IMG/VR virus record: IMGVR_UViG_3300044820_000025
Coordinates: 1-42,771 of that record
Source of the DNA: a virus
Lineage: Duplodnaviria > Caudoviricetes
Length of the DNA: 42,771 bases
Direction: 5' to 3' (one strand)
Every line of letters begins with the position of its first letter. Positions within the stretch are counted from its first letter, which is position 1. Position numbers and translations under genes: made by a program. This document shows, in pieces, positions 40,628 to 42,771 of this stretch. The notes beneath the pieces were generated by a model. It saw nothing but the letters and a program-made list of their open reading frames with translations, did no database searches and was not told where the DNA came from.

Positions 40628-40878
40628 TAGGGGCGCACCAGAGACTTGAGAGCTTCCATGTAAAGCTCAACTTCGGCCTCCTCCTCTGCCAGCTTATTGG
40701 CATCGGCCTTGCGGCGGCTGACGGCCTTCTTGAGAGCTTTGACGTTATAGCCGTGGCCCTTCGCTTCGGCGTAAATGTCAGTGCGAGCGTCCTGGAGATC
40801 CTTGATCTCAACTTCGACATGCTCGATACGCTCGGCAATAGCTTTGAGCTGGTGGTTATCGCCTGCAATAATCGTCAT
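40627..40878 (-). CDS. gapR: GapR-like (DUF2312/UPF0335) DNA-binding protein
   Basis: QLKAIAERIEHVEVE.K......DIYAEAKG.GY.VKAL...V..RK......EE.A.VELY..AL. Confidence 0.85.
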   Translation of the reverse strand: MTIIAGDNHQLKAIAERIEHVEVEIKDLQDARTDIYAEAKGHGYNVKALKKAVSRRKADANKLAEEEAEVELYMEALKSLVRP

Positions 40879-40954
40879 GGTGCACCCCTGCAACAAATCA
40901 CTAGAGATAATAGCACGTATGCCGCGTGCCCCGGCTTCGAAAGTGTAGTTATCG

Positions 40955-41308
40955 TCAGCTATCCACCTTGTTTATGGTGATACGCACTCCCTTTACCTCC
41001 GCATTCCACTTCAATGCGATCTCTCTTACTATCGATCCGTCATCCGCCTCGATGATGCCGTGCGATACGAGCAAATCGTTCGGCGCCTTCGCGAGGTTGT
41101 CGAGGTCGCGCTTGCGCTTGTCTTGGCCGTCTTGGAACTCGTAAAGAATGGATACAGGCCCGGTGAGCTTGCGAGGCCGCTGGCGCATGATTTCGGTGCC
41201 GGCTTCCTGTATCCAGGTGTCGTACCGTTGCGATCGTATGCGGCCACGGCGCACGTTGATGAACAGGTTGTTCAGGCTAGGCGGGAACGGCAGATCAAGC
41301 ACCGTCAT
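40955..41308 (-). CDS. rusA: RusA-family Holliday junction resolvase
   Basis: LPFPPS.N, RKRDLDN..K...D.L...G.I..DD. Confidence 0.9.
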   Translation of the reverse strand: MTVLDLPFPPSLNNLFINVRRGRIRSQRYDTWIQEAGTEIMRQRPRKLTGPVSILYEFQDGQDKRKRDLDNLAKAPNDLLVSHGIIEADDGSIVREIALKWNAEVKGVRITINKVDS

Positions 41309-41604
41309 TTCGGCGGCCTTATCGAGAGTGCGAGCATGAACGGGTCGATATTGTGCGACTTCCAGAAAGCCATCTCATTCATGGAGTGCTGTTCGTCATG
41401 GTGCGGCCGGCAGAGCGGGACGGTCCAGATATCGCTGGCTTTCTCCTGCATCCCCAGACCCCGCTTTCCGTGAGCCAAAGAGGCTGTTCGGATATGCGCG
41501 GCATCCACGTTGATTGCCCCGCATATGCAGCAGGGGAGCGAGCGCACGTATTGAAGGTGCCGCTCGTCCTTTACCCGTGGCTGCTTGAAGCCTACAAAGC
41601 TCAT
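41305..41604 (-). CDS. DUF968-like zinc/HNH-type protein
   Basis: HL.YVR.LPC.ICG...AAH...K.SD.W.VPLC..HH..QH. Confidence 0.8.
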   Translation of the reverse strand: MSFVGFKQPRVKDERHLQYVRSLPCCICGAINVDAAHIRTASLAHGKRGLGMQEKASDIWTVPLCRPHHDEQHSMNEMAFWKSHNIDPFMLALSIRPPK

Positions 41605-42005
41605 GCGGCCCTCGCTGCGGATTCTGGATCCTGGAACTTGACGCCGTTGGATGCGCCCCAGGCAAAGATAAACTCGATCAAGTCGATCATCTCGCCCTTC
41701 GATAGATCGGACGATGACTGGCCCCACGGGATGAAGGTGGAGTTGTCGAGCGCTGGGATAAACTGCACCTCCCGGCCGCAAGCGTGCATGAACAGGATCT
41801 TCCACTGGTCAGGCGTGTACTTCCTGCCAGCGTGTTCCTTCTGCGTAGCCACGTCGGTCAACATTGCCCACAGCCGATCGTTCTGAGGGATCGACCGCTT
41901 AGGCTCCTTGAACTCAATACGAGTGCCGGCCGGGGCCTGCGCAGCCCAACGAGCTGCGCGGTCCCGGTCGATGTTGCTCGATACTGTTATCAAGGCGCGG
42001 CTCAT
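41601..42005 (-). CDS. ninB: NinB/Orf-family recombination protein
   Basis: KRS..QN..LWA.L.DV, W K.LF, S.LSK.EM.DLIE.I.AWG. Confidence 0.85.
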   Translation of the reverse strand: MSRALITVSSNIDRDRAARWAAQAPAGTRIEFKEPKRSIPQNDRLWAMLTDVATQKEHAGRKYTPDQWKILFMHACGREVQFIPALDNSTFIPWGQSSSDLSKGEMIDLIEFIFAWGASNGVKFQDPESAARAA

Positions 42006-42304
42006 CAGCGCCACTCCGGCGCAAATGGGATGTCGTCGTCCATATCGCTGTGCGGCAAAGATCCTGCATCGCGGCTCGAATGACCGCTTGCAGAAACACC
42101 ACGAGCCACTGGCGCGCCCTGCTCGTCCTTCGCCTTGAAGGCGAACGAGAAGAACTTGCCTTTCTGGCCATCCTTGATCCAACCGGAGATCCAGTAGACC
42201 TGGCCGCCGATCATCGCCGTGCCCTTGTAATCGGGATGCGAGTCCTTCCCCTTACGGTCATTCTTGAAAAGACTGCCGCTATTATCGCGCTGTTCGTATG
42301 CCAC
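42005..42304 (-). CDS. Phage single-stranded DNA-binding protein
   Basis: G.LFKND.K....HPDY.G...Y.ISGW.K; acidic DDDIPF tail. Confidence 0.8.
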   Translation of the reverse strand: MAYEQRDNSGSLFKNDRKGKDSHPDYKGTAMIGGQVYWISGWIKDGQKGKFFSFAFKAKDEQGAPVARGVSASGHSSRDAGSLPHSDMDDDIPFAPEWR

Positions 42305-42645
42305 TATGCTGTCATCCTCTGTTCGTCGCCCTGCTCCTGCAGGCGAATTGCTGCCAAATGCTCCTTGCAGACGCCTCTAAAAATCGCCTGCCAGTCCGCC
42401 TTAAAGTCCGCGACGCGCGCGATAACCTTCGGATCGTTCATCCATGCCAGGAACTGCTTGCTGTCCCCGAAGGCGTAGGCCTCTTTCTGGATCGCCTCGA
42501 ACAGCGGACGCTGATCTGCTACCCGGAGCTTTTGGCTTGCCGGCGCGTGCGGGATGTTGTCGATCACCTCGCCGTGGTCGTTGTAATCCGCAGTCACGAC
42601 CACATCTTCCGGCCGCGTGACATGCGGGTTACGACGCGGCGCCTC
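42304..42645 (-). CDS. C-terminal part of the junction-spanning SSAP-like gene
   Basis: In frame with 393-19 across the terminal repeat. Confidence 0.7.
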   Translation of the reverse strand, partial: EAPRRNPHVTRPEDVVVTADYNDHGEVIDNIPHAPASQKLRVADQRPLFEAIQKEAYAFGDSKQFLAWMNDPKVIARVADFKADWQAIFRGVCKEHLAAIRLQEQGDEQRMTA

Positions 42646-42771
42646 GAACTCGTCAGCCTCGGACTCCGAGTACAACTCACCGTGACCGGACAGCAGCTTC
42701 AGAATCACGCGGTCTTTCGCGCGCTTCTCTGCCATCGCATACGGGTAGCTGTTCTTGTTGTTCTTCGGGCT
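42646..42771. repeat. Terminal direct repeat, right copy
   Basis: Identical to 19-144. Confidence 0.95.

Overview
The window looks like a complete circularly permuted temperate phage genome of about 42.6 kb. Positions 19-144 repeat exactly at 42646-42771, and the first ~18 nt are an inverted copy of 46-64, probably an assembly artefact. It has P22-like podovirus virion genes (TerS/TerL, portal, scaffold, coat, gp4/gp10-like, three ejection proteins, tail fibres). Regulation is lambdoid: a cI/cro switch with AGGAC-N5-GTCCT operators, an O-like replication gene with an internal iteron array, NinB/RusA/SSB/SSAP genes, and a Q-position regulator followed by a pR'/tR'-like unit. Xis, Int and a probable attP are also present. 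GapR-like and DnaA-domain-IV genes point to an alphaproteobacterial (Hyphomicrobiales-like) host (inference). The most striking unexplained feature is in the + strand accessory arm (4.4-13.2 kb). Most gene junctions carry a 21-bp degenerate palindrome, consensus CGNTC-N9-GANSG (16 full copies read by eye), and neighbouring copies often share their 9-nt spacer. This suggests a gene-cassette array built by site-specific recombination (hypothesis). Other notable items: a tRNA-like element hidden in an ORF, a ~360-nt highly structured late-leader RNA, a tail protein with a Sec-type signal peptide, a small alarmone hydrolase, and a GNAT/PP-loop/NDT-like possible nucleic-acid modification cluster. 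All family calls come from motif recognition by eye; no database searches were run.
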